A program made the position numbers and the translations under genes. The notes beneath the pieces were generated by a model, which saw nothing but the letters and a program-made list of their open reading frames with translations, had not been told where the DNA came from and made no database searches. 64,000 nt of DNA, from positions 529,199-593,198 of the forward strand of contig JACOXT010000003.1 in NCBI GenBank assembly GCA_016182235.1, given 5' to 3'. How positions within the stretch are numbered: position 1 is the stretch's first letter; every line of letters begins with the position of its first letter. Of the stretch, positions 18,867 to 28,051 are shown piece by piece. This DNA comes from Candidatus Levyibacteriota bacterium (lineage in GTDB: Bacteria; Patescibacteriota; Microgenomatia; Levybacterales; UBA12049).

Positions 18867-21800
18867 TTAATGTTTACTAACAGACGAGATTTTTTCCGCA
18901 ATTATGGTTGGTTTATCGTTTTTGGTATCAACATGCCCTTCAATTACAACCACAGAATCCTTAGTTAGAAGACTTTTATGCTGAGAAAATATCCTTGGGA
19001 ATACGACACACTCTATCGTTACCCCTTTTTCGTTCCCGATTAATAAAAAAGCCATCTCGTGATTATTCTTTTTTGTAAAAATTCTCCTTGTGGCTTCGAT
19101 AATACCCCCAACTTTAACTCTTGTGCCTTCTTTTTCCTCAACAAGGAGCTCAATTTCATGGGAAATAACCGATTTGAGAAACATAAGGTTATTGAGTTGA
19201 GGATGAGAAGTAAGATATAATCCAAGAAACTCTTTCTCAAAAGCCAATTTTTCATTTGTTGAAAAATCCTCAACAGCATTTTGGATCGTTTTAACAGAAA
19301 CCGATATTTCATCTGATCCAAAGAGACTTGTCTGTCCAGCTTCATTTTGTTTCTTTTGCTTATGGAGTTTTGCGACAATTTCAGGGAAAGATATTAGTAG
19401 GCTTGCCCTATTGCCAAAAGAATCCATGGCTCCTGCCTTGATGAGACTTTCAAACGTTTTTTTATTTACAGGCCCTAAATCAACTTTCGAGCAAAAATCT
19501 TCAAGATTCTTAAAATCCCCTTTTTCTCGACCGTCAAGAATGCTTTTTATTGCCGCTGTACCGACATTTTTAATAGCCGAGAGTCCAAATCTAATACTGT
19601 TTTTTTTCTCTATCATAAAATCGCTTTGAGACTTATTGATATCCGGTGGAAGAACTGTTACATTTAATCTCTTGCATTCCGAGACTGCCTGAGCTATCTT
19701 CTCATTTTTAACCGGTCCAGTTGTTCCGCGAGATTCGGCTGTTAGAAGTGCTGTCATAAACTCAACGGGATAATGAGCCTTAAGATAAGCAGTTCTAAAA
19801 GCAATTGTCGCGTATCCTGCGGCGTGAGCCTTATTGAACCCGTATCCGGCAAATGGCTCGAACAACACCCAAAAAGCCTCAGCTTTTTTCTCTATCATGC
19901 CATTTGCAATACAACCTTTAATAAATTGGTCGTGCTGTTTTTTCATTTCCGATGGGATTTTTTTACCAATTGCTTTTCTTAACTTATCTGCTTCAAGCCA
20001 GGAGTAGCCAGCGACTTTGATCGCGGTCAGTAAAACGTCATCCTGAAACGTTATTACTCCGTAAGATTCTTTCAGTATTTCCTTGAGACGGGGGTCAGGA
20101 TATCTTATTAAAGCAGGGTTATGCTTTCTTCTTATAAATTCTGGGATATTAGCCATAGGTCCTGGTCTGTACAAAGCAACCATAGCCTGCAAATCAAAAA
20201 TGCTGGTCGGCTTTAAATCTTTTATATATCTTCTCATTCCTGACGATTCCAGCTGAAATATTCCGGTTGTTTCTCCGGATGACAAAAGCATATAGGCTTT
20301 CTTATCGCCATAAGGAATGTCCGACAGATTTATTGATTTTTCCTGATTTTCCTTAATAAACCTAAGTGCTTCCTGAATAATAGTAAGATTTCGAAGTCCA
20401 AGAAAATCGATTTTAAGAAGTCCTACGCCGTCTTCTCCAACCGTGTACATGTCATATTGAGTTATTACCTTTTCGCCGTTTGTTTCTTTTTGAAGTGGAG
20501 TATATTCTGTCAGGGGTTTATCGGCGATAACAACTCCAGCGGCATGCATCGATGCATGCCGCGCAACTCCTTCAAGTTTTTTAGATAAATCAAGAAGTTT
20601 TCTAGTTTCATCTTCTGTCTGATACGCGATTCTAAGCTCTGGGCTTTGCTCTAGTGCTCTGTCTATCGTCATCGCATGACCCTGCCAGCCCATAGGAATC
20701 ATTTTGGCTATTCTATCTGGAACAGCATACGGCATCCCAAGAGCGCGGCCTGTATCCCTAACAGATCCTCTTGCTTCCATCGTTCCAAACGTGATAATCT
20801 GCGCAACCTTGTCGCGACCATACTTTTCTGTTACATACTCTATTACTTCATCTCGCCTATTGTCTGCAAAATCCAAGTCAATGTCCGGAGGGGAAGGTCG
20901 CATGGGGTTAAGAAATCTTTCAAAGGGCAGATTAAAAAATAGAGGATCAACGTCAGAAATTTCAAGCGCATAAGAAACAATTGATCCCGCATTTGATCCA
21001 CGCCCCGGGCCAACAGTAATTCCGCGGGATTTTGCCCACCCAACAAAATCCGCGACAATCAAAATATACTTTTCATATCCTTTTTTTAGGATTACAGACA
21101 GCTCATATTCTGCACGTTTTTTCATGTCATTTGTTACCTGGCTGTATCTTTTCTTAAGTCCTTCTTCAACTTTCTCTCTTATATAAACTTCCGATGACTT
21201 ATTGCCTGGGACATTAAAAATAGGCATGATCCACTTCCCAAGAGTTATATCCACATCGCACATGTCTGCAATTTTTACTGTGTTTTGTATTGCTTCTTCG
21301 TTTTGTATAAAAAGTCCTTTCATTTCGTCGGGGCTTTTAATATAAAAGTCTGGTGATGAAATCATCGACAGTTTTCTGTCCTTCGTATTCAACGTGGTTT
21401 GAGTTTGGATACAAAGAAGAATTTCCTGAGCTTGAGCATCGCTAGCATTAATATAGTGGTTATCATTTGTTGCCACAAGAGGCACTCCTAATCTTTGGGA
21501 AAGCTCAATGAGTTTTTCGTTTAATTCATCTTGATCTTTTACATTTGTATGCTTCTGAAGCTCAAAATAAAAATTGCCTTCCCCAAAAATTTGCACCAGG
21601 TTCTGTGCTCTTTTCTTTGCTGTTTCAATCTGATTTTGAAGTAGTGGTTCTGATACATAACCATTTACACATGACGTTAAACAAATTAACCCTTCATGGT
21701 ATTCTTTTAAAAGTTCCATATCTGTTCTTGGGCGATAGTAGTAGCCCTCAAGATTTGCTATTGAAATTATTTTCATGAGGTTTTTATATCCAATGTTATT

Positions 21801-22022
21801 TTTTGCAAGAAGTATAAGGTGATTGGAATCGGTATCTAATCCCGCCTCCTTATCATGCCTTGAACGTCTGCTTACATATATTTCGCAACCAATAATGGGC
21901 TTTATTTCCTCTTCTAAGCATTTTTTATAAAATTTTATTACACCATACATATTTCCATGATCTGTAATTGCCAAAGCCTTCATTCCCAATACTTTGACAC
22001 GATCTACCATGGGATCAATCAA
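18867..22022 (-). CDS. dnaE: DNA polymerase III alpha subunit (N-terminally short PHP domain)
   Basis: Has ITDHGNMYG (PHP motif II), the polymerase core, FNKAHAAGYA and a C-terminal OB region. TTG start at 22022, 15 nt after the in-frame gatB stop. Confidence 0.9.
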   Translation of the reverse strand: MIDPMVDRVKVLGMKALAITDHGNMYGVIKFYKKCLEEEIKPIIGCEIYVSRRSRHDKEAGLDTDSNHLILLAKNNIGYKNLMKIISIANLEGYYYRPRTDMELLKEYHEGLICLTSCVNGYVSEPLLQNQIETAKKRAQNLVQIFGEGNFYFELQKHTNVKDQDELNEKLIELSQRLGVPLVATNDNHYINASDAQAQEILLCIQTQTTLNTKDRKLSMISSPDFYIKSPDEMKGLFIQNEEAIQNTVKIADMCDVDITLGKWIMPIFNVPGNKSSEVYIREKVEEGLKKRYSQVTNDMKKRAEYELSVILKKGYEKYILIVADFVGWAKSRGITVGPGRGSNAGSIVSYALEISDVDPLFFNLPFERFLNPMRPSPPDIDLDFADNRRDEVIEYVTEKYGRDKVAQIITFGTMEARGSVRDTGRALGMPYAVPDRIAKMIPMGWQGHAMTIDRALEQSPELRIAYQTEDETRKLLDLSKKLEGVARHASMHAAGVVIADKPLTEYTPLQKETNGEKVITQYDMYTVGEDGVGLLKIDFLGLRNLTIIQEALRFIKENQEKSINLSDIPYGDKKAYMLLSSGETTGIFQLESSGMRRYIKDLKPTSIFDLQAMVALYRPGPMANIPEFIRRKHNPALIRYPDPRLKEILKESYGVITFQDDVLLTAIKVAGYSWLEADKLRKAIGKKIPSEMKKQHDQFIKGCIANGMIEKKAEAFWVLFEPFAGYGFNKAHAAGYATIAFRTAYLKAHYPVEFMTALLTAESRGTTGPVKNEKIAQAVSECKRLNVTVLPPDINKSQSDFMIEKKNSIRFGLSAIKNVGTAAIKSILDGREKGDFKNLEDFCSKVDLGPVNKKTFESLIKAGAMDSFGNRASLLISFPEIVAKLHKQKKQNEAGQTSLFGSDEISVSVKTIQNAVEDFSTNEKLAFEKEFLGLYLTSHPQLNNLMFLKSVISHEIELLVEEKEGTRVKVGGIIEATRRIFTKKNNHEMAFLLIGNEKGVTIECVVFPRIFSQHKSLLTKDSVVVIEGHVDTKNDKPTIIAEKISSVSKH

Positions 22023-22037
22023 GTATAAAGGGGTATT

Positions 22038-23399
22038 TTATTTTTTTAAACTTTCTTCTATAGCATTTCTTATTTGGTTAGAGTCCGCTTTTTGGAAGTG
22101 CATTCTTACCTTTCCTATCAAAAATCCAATAACTTGGACTTTTCCGCTCCTGTAATCTTCCACAGCTTTTTGATTCTCTGATAATACTTGGTTTATAACC
22201 TCACTCAGTTTGTTTTCATCAAGCTGTGTTTTTTTATCATTTTCAGTAATTAATTTTATTAACTCAGAAGGCGTTATCTTATTAATGTTTATCTTTCTAT
22301 TTATAATATAATTAGCAATTTTTTTACTTAATACTTGATCATTTAAAGTTGATGCTTTGTGTGAAACACGGATAGTCTCCTCAAAATAATCTGAGGTAGA
22401 TTTTTCTCTCGTCAATATCTCTGAATCGTAAGCAGTTAAACCAAAGTCTTTTTGAAATCTTTCTGACTTTTGCTCTGGCATTTCTCCTATTTGAGATTTG
22501 AGATTTGAGATTTGAGATGTCGTCCAACGGATAGGCGGAATGTCTGGCTCTGGGAAATATCTATAATCATGCGCTTCTTCTTTTGATCTTTGGGAAACTG
22601 TAGTCTGTTTTTTCTCGTCCCAACCTCTTGTTTCTTGAATTGGGATTTTTCCAGACTCCAAAACCTTTTTCTGTCTATTTATTTCATAATCAATTGCTTT
22701 TTCTGCAAATCTAAACGAATTAATATTTTTAACTTCAACCTTATAATTTGGTAGTATTTGTTTATTGGTAGTATTTGTAATATTACGTTTCTGTAAAGAA
22801 ACGTTGGGTTCCAACCTCATCTGGCCTTTCTCCATATCAGCATCTGAGACACCAAGAAATCTCACAATTTGCTGAAGCTTTTTAAGGTAGTCAACGACCT
22901 CAACTCCCGATTCGAAATCAGGGTCGGTAACAACTTCAACAAGTGGAACTCCGGAGCGATTGAAATCAATAAGGCTTATTCTTTCTCCATCAACTATTTC
23001 GTGTAGTAATTTTCCTGTATCCTCTTCCATATGTACTCTTCTAATTCTTATCTTTTTTGAATTTTGAATATTAATCCAGCCCTTGATACAAAAAGGTTCT
23101 TCATATTGCGAAATTTGGTATCCTTTTGGTAGATCTGGATAAAAGTAATTCTTTCTATCAAATTTTGAAAATAGGGGAATCTTACAATTCAGAGCAAGGC
23201 CAATTAAAATACACCATTCAATGGCTTTTTTATTTGGTAATGGCAACGCGCCAGGAAGACCTAAACAAACAGGACAGGTGTAGCTGTTTGGTTTTTGACC
23301 AAAATAATCAGCACTACACCCACAAAACATTTTTGATTTCGTCTTTAGCTCAACATGCACCTCTAATCCTATAACTGGAGAATGTTTATTAGTATTCAT
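22038..23399 (-). CDS. gatB: Asp/Glu-tRNA amidotransferase subunit B
   Basis: VIGLEVHVELKTKSKMFCGC...CPVCLGLPGALP N-terminus, plus the tail domain. Confidence 0.9.
   Translation of the reverse strand: MNTNKHSPVIGLEVHVELKTKSKMFCGCSADYFGQKPNSYTCPVCLGLPGALPLPNKKAIEWCILIGLALNCKIPLFSKFDRKNYFYPDLPKGYQISQYEEPFCIKGWINIQNSKKIRIRRVHMEEDTGKLLHEIVDGERISLIDFNRSGVPLVEVVTDPDFESGVEVVDYLKKLQQIVRFLGVSDADMEKGQMRLEPNVSLQKRNITNTTNKQILPNYKVEVKNINSFRFAEKAIDYEINRQKKVLESGKIPIQETRGWDEKKQTTVSQRSKEEAHDYRYFPEPDIPPIRWTTSQISNLKSQIGEMPEQKSERFQKDFGLTAYDSEILTREKSTSDYFEETIRVSHKASTLNDQVLSKKIANYIINRKININKITPSELIKLITENDKKTQLDENKLSEVINQVLSENQKAVEDYRSGKVQVIGFLIGKVRMHFQKADSNQIRNAIEESLKK
22490..22517. repeat. perfect heptanucleotide tandem repeat (TTTGAGA)x4 inside gatB
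   Basis: Read directly. The period-7 identity extends over 22489..22518. It encodes SQISNLKSQI. Confidence 0.95.
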
Positions 23400-23461
23400 G
23401 CTATTTAATCATAGTTACTATAATTATATGTATTATTATAGTAAACTTATAGTTCAAACAT

Positions 23462-24247
23462 TTATTTTCTCATTGCCTCAGTATCTTGAGCTAATGCTTT
23501 AACTTCTTCGTATTTTAATCTTTTCGGCCAGTAAAGATCACCAGATAAGCCGTAAACGGGAATATATAGGTGAGGTTTATCCTTATTTACCTCAAGCATT
23601 TTTGTAACAACTATGTCTACAGTTTCCTGAACTGTTGTGGCATTAAAATCAATATAATTAAGGAAATCATGACGAAACTTATCAACTGCTCTGTCAATAA
23701 AAACAATGCCCCTAAATGATTTCATGGGCACTCTAAAGATAGACCTAGGCATATTTAATATTCCAACATACTTCTGTTTGTATCTGTAATATTTATCATC
23801 TATAAGTAATGTAAAAATATTTTCTCTTGGAATTTGAATAGCACGATTGTTATGTGTTGCGGCAAGTGTTCCGATACTAAACATAAGTTCCAAATCTTGT
23901 TCTCTCAAGCCCAATGAGACACTACTCTCGTTGCGGGGGTCAGACCAGTTCCTGCTAAGAGTCAAGCCGACTCTTTTTGCAAACTTTTCAGCTACAATCC
24001 CATAGCGAAAAATGGATTCTAGTCTGTCAACTTCTGGATTTGCAACTCTTCTGTTATCCCAAACGTAATTTGGATAGCTTGTCCACCTTCCATTCCTACC
24101 ATCATCGATAAAAAGGGGCCCAAAACGAACAAAGCTGTGTTTTTGAAATATAGGCTGGCGGATGTCCGCGATCTTTCCTAAAGCTGATTGCTCAGCTTGC
24201 TCTAGCAGGTTAATCCTTTGCTCTGATCGATGTTCCTGAATAATCAT
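23462..24247 (-). CDS. hypothetical protein (261 aa) inserted between gatA and gatB
   Basis: Long ORF, same strand, and its start overlaps the gatA stop by 4 nt (ATGA). No recognisable motif, TM helix or signal peptide. Confidence 0.7.
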   Translation of the reverse strand: MIIQEHRSEQRINLLEQAEQSALGKIADIRQPIFQKHSFVRFGPLFIDDGRNGRWTSYPNYVWDNRRVANPEVDRLESIFRYGIVAEKFAKRVGLTLSRNWSDPRNESSVSLGLREQDLELMFSIGTLAATHNNRAIQIPRENIFTLLIDDKYYRYKQKYVGILNMPRSIFRVPMKSFRGIVFIDRAVDKFRHDFLNYIDFNATTVQETVDIVVTKMLEVNKDKPHLYIPVYGLSGDLYWPKRLKYEEVKALAQDTEAMRK

Positions 24248-25603
24248 AAGTTAGGTTTTCTTGAGTACCATTTTACTTCTTGTTCGTATGCATGGCCAAT
24301 TTGAAATAATAGATTTTCTGAAAACTGCGGACCTAGTATTTGCATCCCAATTGGTAGTCCATTGTCAAAACCAATAGGAACTGATAATCCTGGTATTCCT
24401 GCAAGATTTGCTGTAACAGTAAAGATGTCGGATAAATACATTTTGAGGGGATCATTAATTTTTTCGCCAAGTTTCCAGGGCGGAGTAGGGGAGACTGGCG
24501 TAACAATTGCATCAACCTTCTCAAACGCCTTATAAAAATCGCGTTTTATCAACGTACGAACCTGCATTGCTTTCTTGTAATAAGCGTCGTAATACCCGCT
24601 AGAAAGAGTGAATGTTCCAAGCATTATTCTTCTTTTTGCTTCATCTCCGAAATTCTCTCTTCCCGAACCATATCTAATTCCATCATATCTTGCTAGATTT
24701 GAAGATACTTCCGAGGGCTGAATTATATAATAACAAGCATTCCCATATTCTGTATGAGGTAAAGGAACTTCATCTACAATCGCGCCCAACTTCTCAAATA
24801 CTTTTAAACTTTCCTCAAATCTGGTTTTAACATTTTCGTCTAGTCCTTTTTCAATATATTCTTTTGGAACACCGATTTTAATATTTCTAACATTATTGTT
24901 TAGATTTTTAGTATAGTTTTGAACCTCAGCTCTAGGGGTTGACGCATCAAAATCGTCTTTTCCTGCAGTAACATTCAGAAGCAATGCCGAATCTTCGACT
25001 GTTTTTGTGAAATGACCGATTGAGTCAAGAGAAGATGCCATTGCGATTATTCCGTAGCGGCTGACTCTTCCGTAAGTAGGTTTAAGACCAACAATATTAC
25101 AAAAACTCGCAGGTAGCCTAATAGAACCTCCTGTATCTGTTCCGGTTGATGCAATACACATATCTGCCGCCAGAGCCACAGCTGAGCCACTACTTGATCC
25201 ACCGGGATCCGTGTCCCCACGCATCAAGATTTGTTTTGCCAATGATTACAGCTCCAGCATCTTTTAATTTCTTTACAACCGTTGCGTCATACTGAGGTAT
25301 ATAATCAGCTAGGACTTTTGATCCTGCTGTTGTTTTTATTCCTTTTGTAGAAAATAAGTCTTTTAAAGCAATCGGAATTCCAAGAAGAGGTTTAGCTTCC
25401 AAGGTCTCGCCTTGTAAAGCTAATGCATCAGCTTTCTTTGCTTCATACAATGCAAAATCTTCACAAATGGCAATAAATGCGTTGAGAAGCGGATTATGTT
25501 TTTTAATTTGGTCTAAACACGCTTTAGTCAACTCAACCGATGAAAATTCTTTGCTTTTTAATCCCTCTATTGCTTCTTTAATAGTAAGCTCATTTAATTT
25601 CAT
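24244..25603 (-). pseudogene. gatA: Glu-tRNA(Gln) amidotransferase subunit A, split by a frameshift (ORFs 25190..25603 and 24244..25242)
   Basis: The N-terminal ORF ends ...GKTNLDAWGHGSRWIK*. The C-terminal ORF carries DPGGSSSGSAVA...GTDTGGSIRLPASFCNIVGLKPTYGRVSRYG in another frame. The two overlap by 53 nt. Confidence 0.65.
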
Positions 25604-25611
25604 TTCTTAAA

Positions 25612-25893
25612 TCATTCTTCTAGAATTGCTTTCACTTTGAAAAATCCATTGTGCTTTGATTTTGCGTTTGACAAAGCATTTTCTTGGGAAAAACATGAAG
25701 ATGTTTTATCTTCCCGAGTAACATTTTCTAGGCCTGTGATTTGAGAAGTTGGCTCTATTTTTGAAGTATCAACCTCTTTGAGCTTGTCAACATAGCCTAA
25801 AATCGAGGAAAGCTGTTTTTCAAACTTTACTCTTTCTCCATCAGTAAGCGCAAGATTGGCAAGTTTTGCGATATGGACAACATTAATCCTCAT
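25612..25893 (-). CDS. gatC: Asp/Glu-tRNA amidotransferase subunit C
   Basis: 93 aa, immediately upstream of gatA, with the typical IAKLANLALTDGE start region. Confidence 0.8.
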   Translation of the reverse strand: MRINVVHIAKLANLALTDGERVKFEKQLSSILGYVDKLKEVDTSKIEPTSQITGLENVTREDKTSSCFSQENALSNAKSKHNGFFKVKAILEE

Positions 25894-25906
25894 CTTTATA
25901 TTGTAA

Positions 25907-26671
25907 TTATATCGAAATTCCTAATCGCTTCGCAATTGCTTTGTGCGCCGCCCATTCTAAAGAATCGTCAAGAGGGGAGAGGGGAACAGATTTTTTATAC
26001 TTTTCTTTTAAAGATAAACTAATCAAGTAATCTGCGAAATGGGGGTTTTTTGGTAGAATTGGGCCATGAAGATAGCTTCCAAAGCTGTTTTTATATATTG
26101 CGCCTTCTGTTTTGTCTTCGCCATTATTTCCAAACCCTTTAATTACTTTTCCTAATAGTCTAATATTTTTTCCAAGATATGTTCTTCCTCCATGGTTTTC
26201 AAACCCAACCAAAGTATTTTGTCTTAATTCATGATTCATGATTCCTGATTCAATAACAATATTTCCAATAAGTCTTTTTGAATTTTCACCAGGATTTTCT
26301 GTATATAAATCCAATATGCCTAGTCCTTCAATTATAGTTCCATCTGCCTCTTTATAATATTTGCCCAATAATTGATACGCTCCGCAGATATAAAGCCCCG
26401 GAACATTATCTTCAATCATTTCTTTTAATATTTCTCTCTTCTTGCGAAGGTCTTCCGAAACAATTTTTTGTTGTAGATCTTGCGCTCCTCCCATAAACAG
26501 AAAATCACAAGATCTTAAATCGTCAATCTTTAATCCCAAATCAAGTTTCAAAATTTCAATATTAATCCCACGCCATTCGCACCGTTTTTGAATGCAAATA
26601 ATATTTCCCCGATCTCCATATGTAGACATTAATTCAGGAAATAACCATCCTATTGTTAATTTATAATTCAT
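25907..26671 (-). CDS. gatD: lipid II isoglutaminyl synthase, glutaminase subunit (CobQ-type GATase)
   Basis: LYICGAYQLLG (nucleophile Cys) and GSYLHGP (His). Overlaps murT by 4 nt. Confidence 0.75.
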   Translation of the reverse strand: MNYKLTIGWLFPELMSTYGDRGNIICIQKRCEWRGINIEILKLDLGLKIDDLRSCDFLFMGGAQDLQQKIVSEDLRKKREILKEMIEDNVPGLYICGAYQLLGKYYKEADGTIIEGLGILDLYTENPGENSKRLIGNIVIESGIMNHELRQNTLVGFENHGGRTYLGKNIRLLGKVIKGFGNNGEDKTEGAIYKNSFGSYLHGPILPKNPHFADYLISLSLKEKYKKSVPLSPLDDSLEWAAHKAIAKRLGISI

Positions 26672-28020
26672 AGTATTTTTTTACCGGTCAATATTTTTCT
26701 GACCTCGAGCATTGCCGAATATGTTGGAAGGATATAAAGCGTTTCTGATTTAAGAGTTTTATTTAAACCAAATAGAATTGAGTTCTTAAGATCTTCTTGA
26801 ATTATGAGTTGTGAATCATGAATTATGGGTTTTCCGCAATATTTTAATCTAAGACCTAGATCAAGAGCTCGATCTCCAGAAATAATAATATATTTAAATT
26901 GATAAACAAAATCTTCGAAATCCACATCCCAAATCCATGAAGTGTCTGTTCCATCCGGAATTCGATCGTTAAGGACAAAAAGCAGGTTCTGCGCTTTTAA
27001 GTCACTAATAGTCCTTAGCGATTCGTTGAAACTCGTTGGGTTTTTAGACAGAAATATTTGAATGTTTTTATTTTTAACTCGCAAAATTTCTTGTCTTCCA
27101 AAAGCAGGTTTGAATTCATGCAAAGCAGAATTTATTCTTTTTTGTTGTATTCCAAGCCTTTTAGCTAAAAGCACAGCGGCAAGCGTATTGTAACGGTTGT
27201 AAATTCCCGATAGGGGATAATAAGAATATTCTGAAATATCCAGCTTTGGTCGTTTTAAACCACAATTATTGCATTTCCAATCCCCAAGATGAGAGAAGTA
27301 AATTGAATCATAGTGAAGTTTCGAACTACAGTTTGGACAGTATGTAGAATCGGAAGCGTGCTGACTAGATGAGGTAATTAATTTTTTATTATCTAGTCCA
27401 AAGAAGAAGGTATTATCTTTCCACCTTTTAGCTATCCACCTTAAAGGTGGAATAGATGCGCCACCTTGGGATAAGCCAAGAAACGCAATTTGAGGATCGT
27501 CCGCGTTTAAAATTAATCTAGTTTTTTTTGTTAATTTTTCAAGTGACCTTCTCCATTTTTCCGCAACCATGTTTACTTCTCCGTATCTATCTAACTGATC
27601 TCTGAATAGATTAAGAAGAATTAGGTAATCTGGTGATATTTCATTTAATACCAGCGGCAATGTAGCTTCATCGACCTCGAAAATTGCATAATTGTAATGG
27701 ATTGTTGAAAGTATGTTGCTATGTAGTAATAGACTTGATGCGATTCCGTTGGTAAGATTTGCCCCTGCTTCATTCTGAAAGACTTTTTCTCCATTTTTTT
27801 CAAGAATTGTCTGAATAAGCTTGCCTGTAGTTGTTTTACCATTTGTCCCCGCTATAAGGATAATTTTAAGATTTGGGTTTTGGTTAACAATATCCTTAAT
27901 AAAGTTTTTATTAAGATTAAGAGCTAGGTGCCCCGGCCACGTTGAGCCTTGACCTAAATTTAATAATCGAGAGGAGTACACCAGTAGCTTACCAAGATAA
28001 ATTATAAAGATATTGCCCAC
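26668..28020 (-). CDS. murT: lipid II isoglutaminyl synthase, Mur-ligase-like subunit
   Basis: P-loop GTNGKTTT, internal four-Cys ribbon CPNC...CNNC, and the MurT-type C-terminal domain. GTG start. Confidence 0.8.
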   Translation of the reverse strand: MGNIFIIYLGKLLVYSSRLLNLGQGSTWPGHLALNLNKNFIKDIVNQNPNLKIILIAGTNGKTTTGKLIQTILEKNGEKVFQNEAGANLTNGIASSLLLHSNILSTIHYNYAIFEVDEATLPLVLNEISPDYLILLNLFRDQLDRYGEVNMVAEKWRRSLEKLTKKTRLILNADDPQIAFLGLSQGGASIPPLRWIAKRWKDNTFFFGLDNKKLITSSSQHASDSTYCPNCSSKLHYDSIYFSHLGDWKCNNCGLKRPKLDISEYSYYPLSGIYNRYNTLAAVLLAKRLGIQQKRINSALHEFKPAFGRQEILRVKNKNIQIFLSKNPTSFNESLRTISDLKAQNLLFVLNDRIPDGTDTSWIWDVDFEDFVYQFKYIIISGDRALDLGLRLKYCGKPIIHDSQLIIQEDLKNSILFGLNKTLKSETLYILPTYSAMLEVRKILTGKKIL

Positions 28021-28051
28021 GTGGATATTATACTCTAAATACTGGACTTAT

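Noticed and set aside
22489-22518. Heptamer array considered as a CRISPR or other spaced-repeat element
   Set aside because: The units are contiguous with no spacers, total only 30 nt, and lie inside the gatB reading frame. It is a simple tandem repeat.
25186-25242. Programmed ribosomal frameshifting in gatA
   Set aside because: I recognise no slippery heptamer or downstream stimulatory structure, and conserved residues appear to be missing. Deletion or sequence error is the simpler explanation.
26228-26824. 12-nt inverted match AATTCATGATTC / GAATCATGAATT, about 575 nt apart, spanning the gatD-murT junction
   Set aside because: A 12-mer match in 64 kb of AT-rich sequence is expected many times by chance, and no flanking extension of the match was seen.
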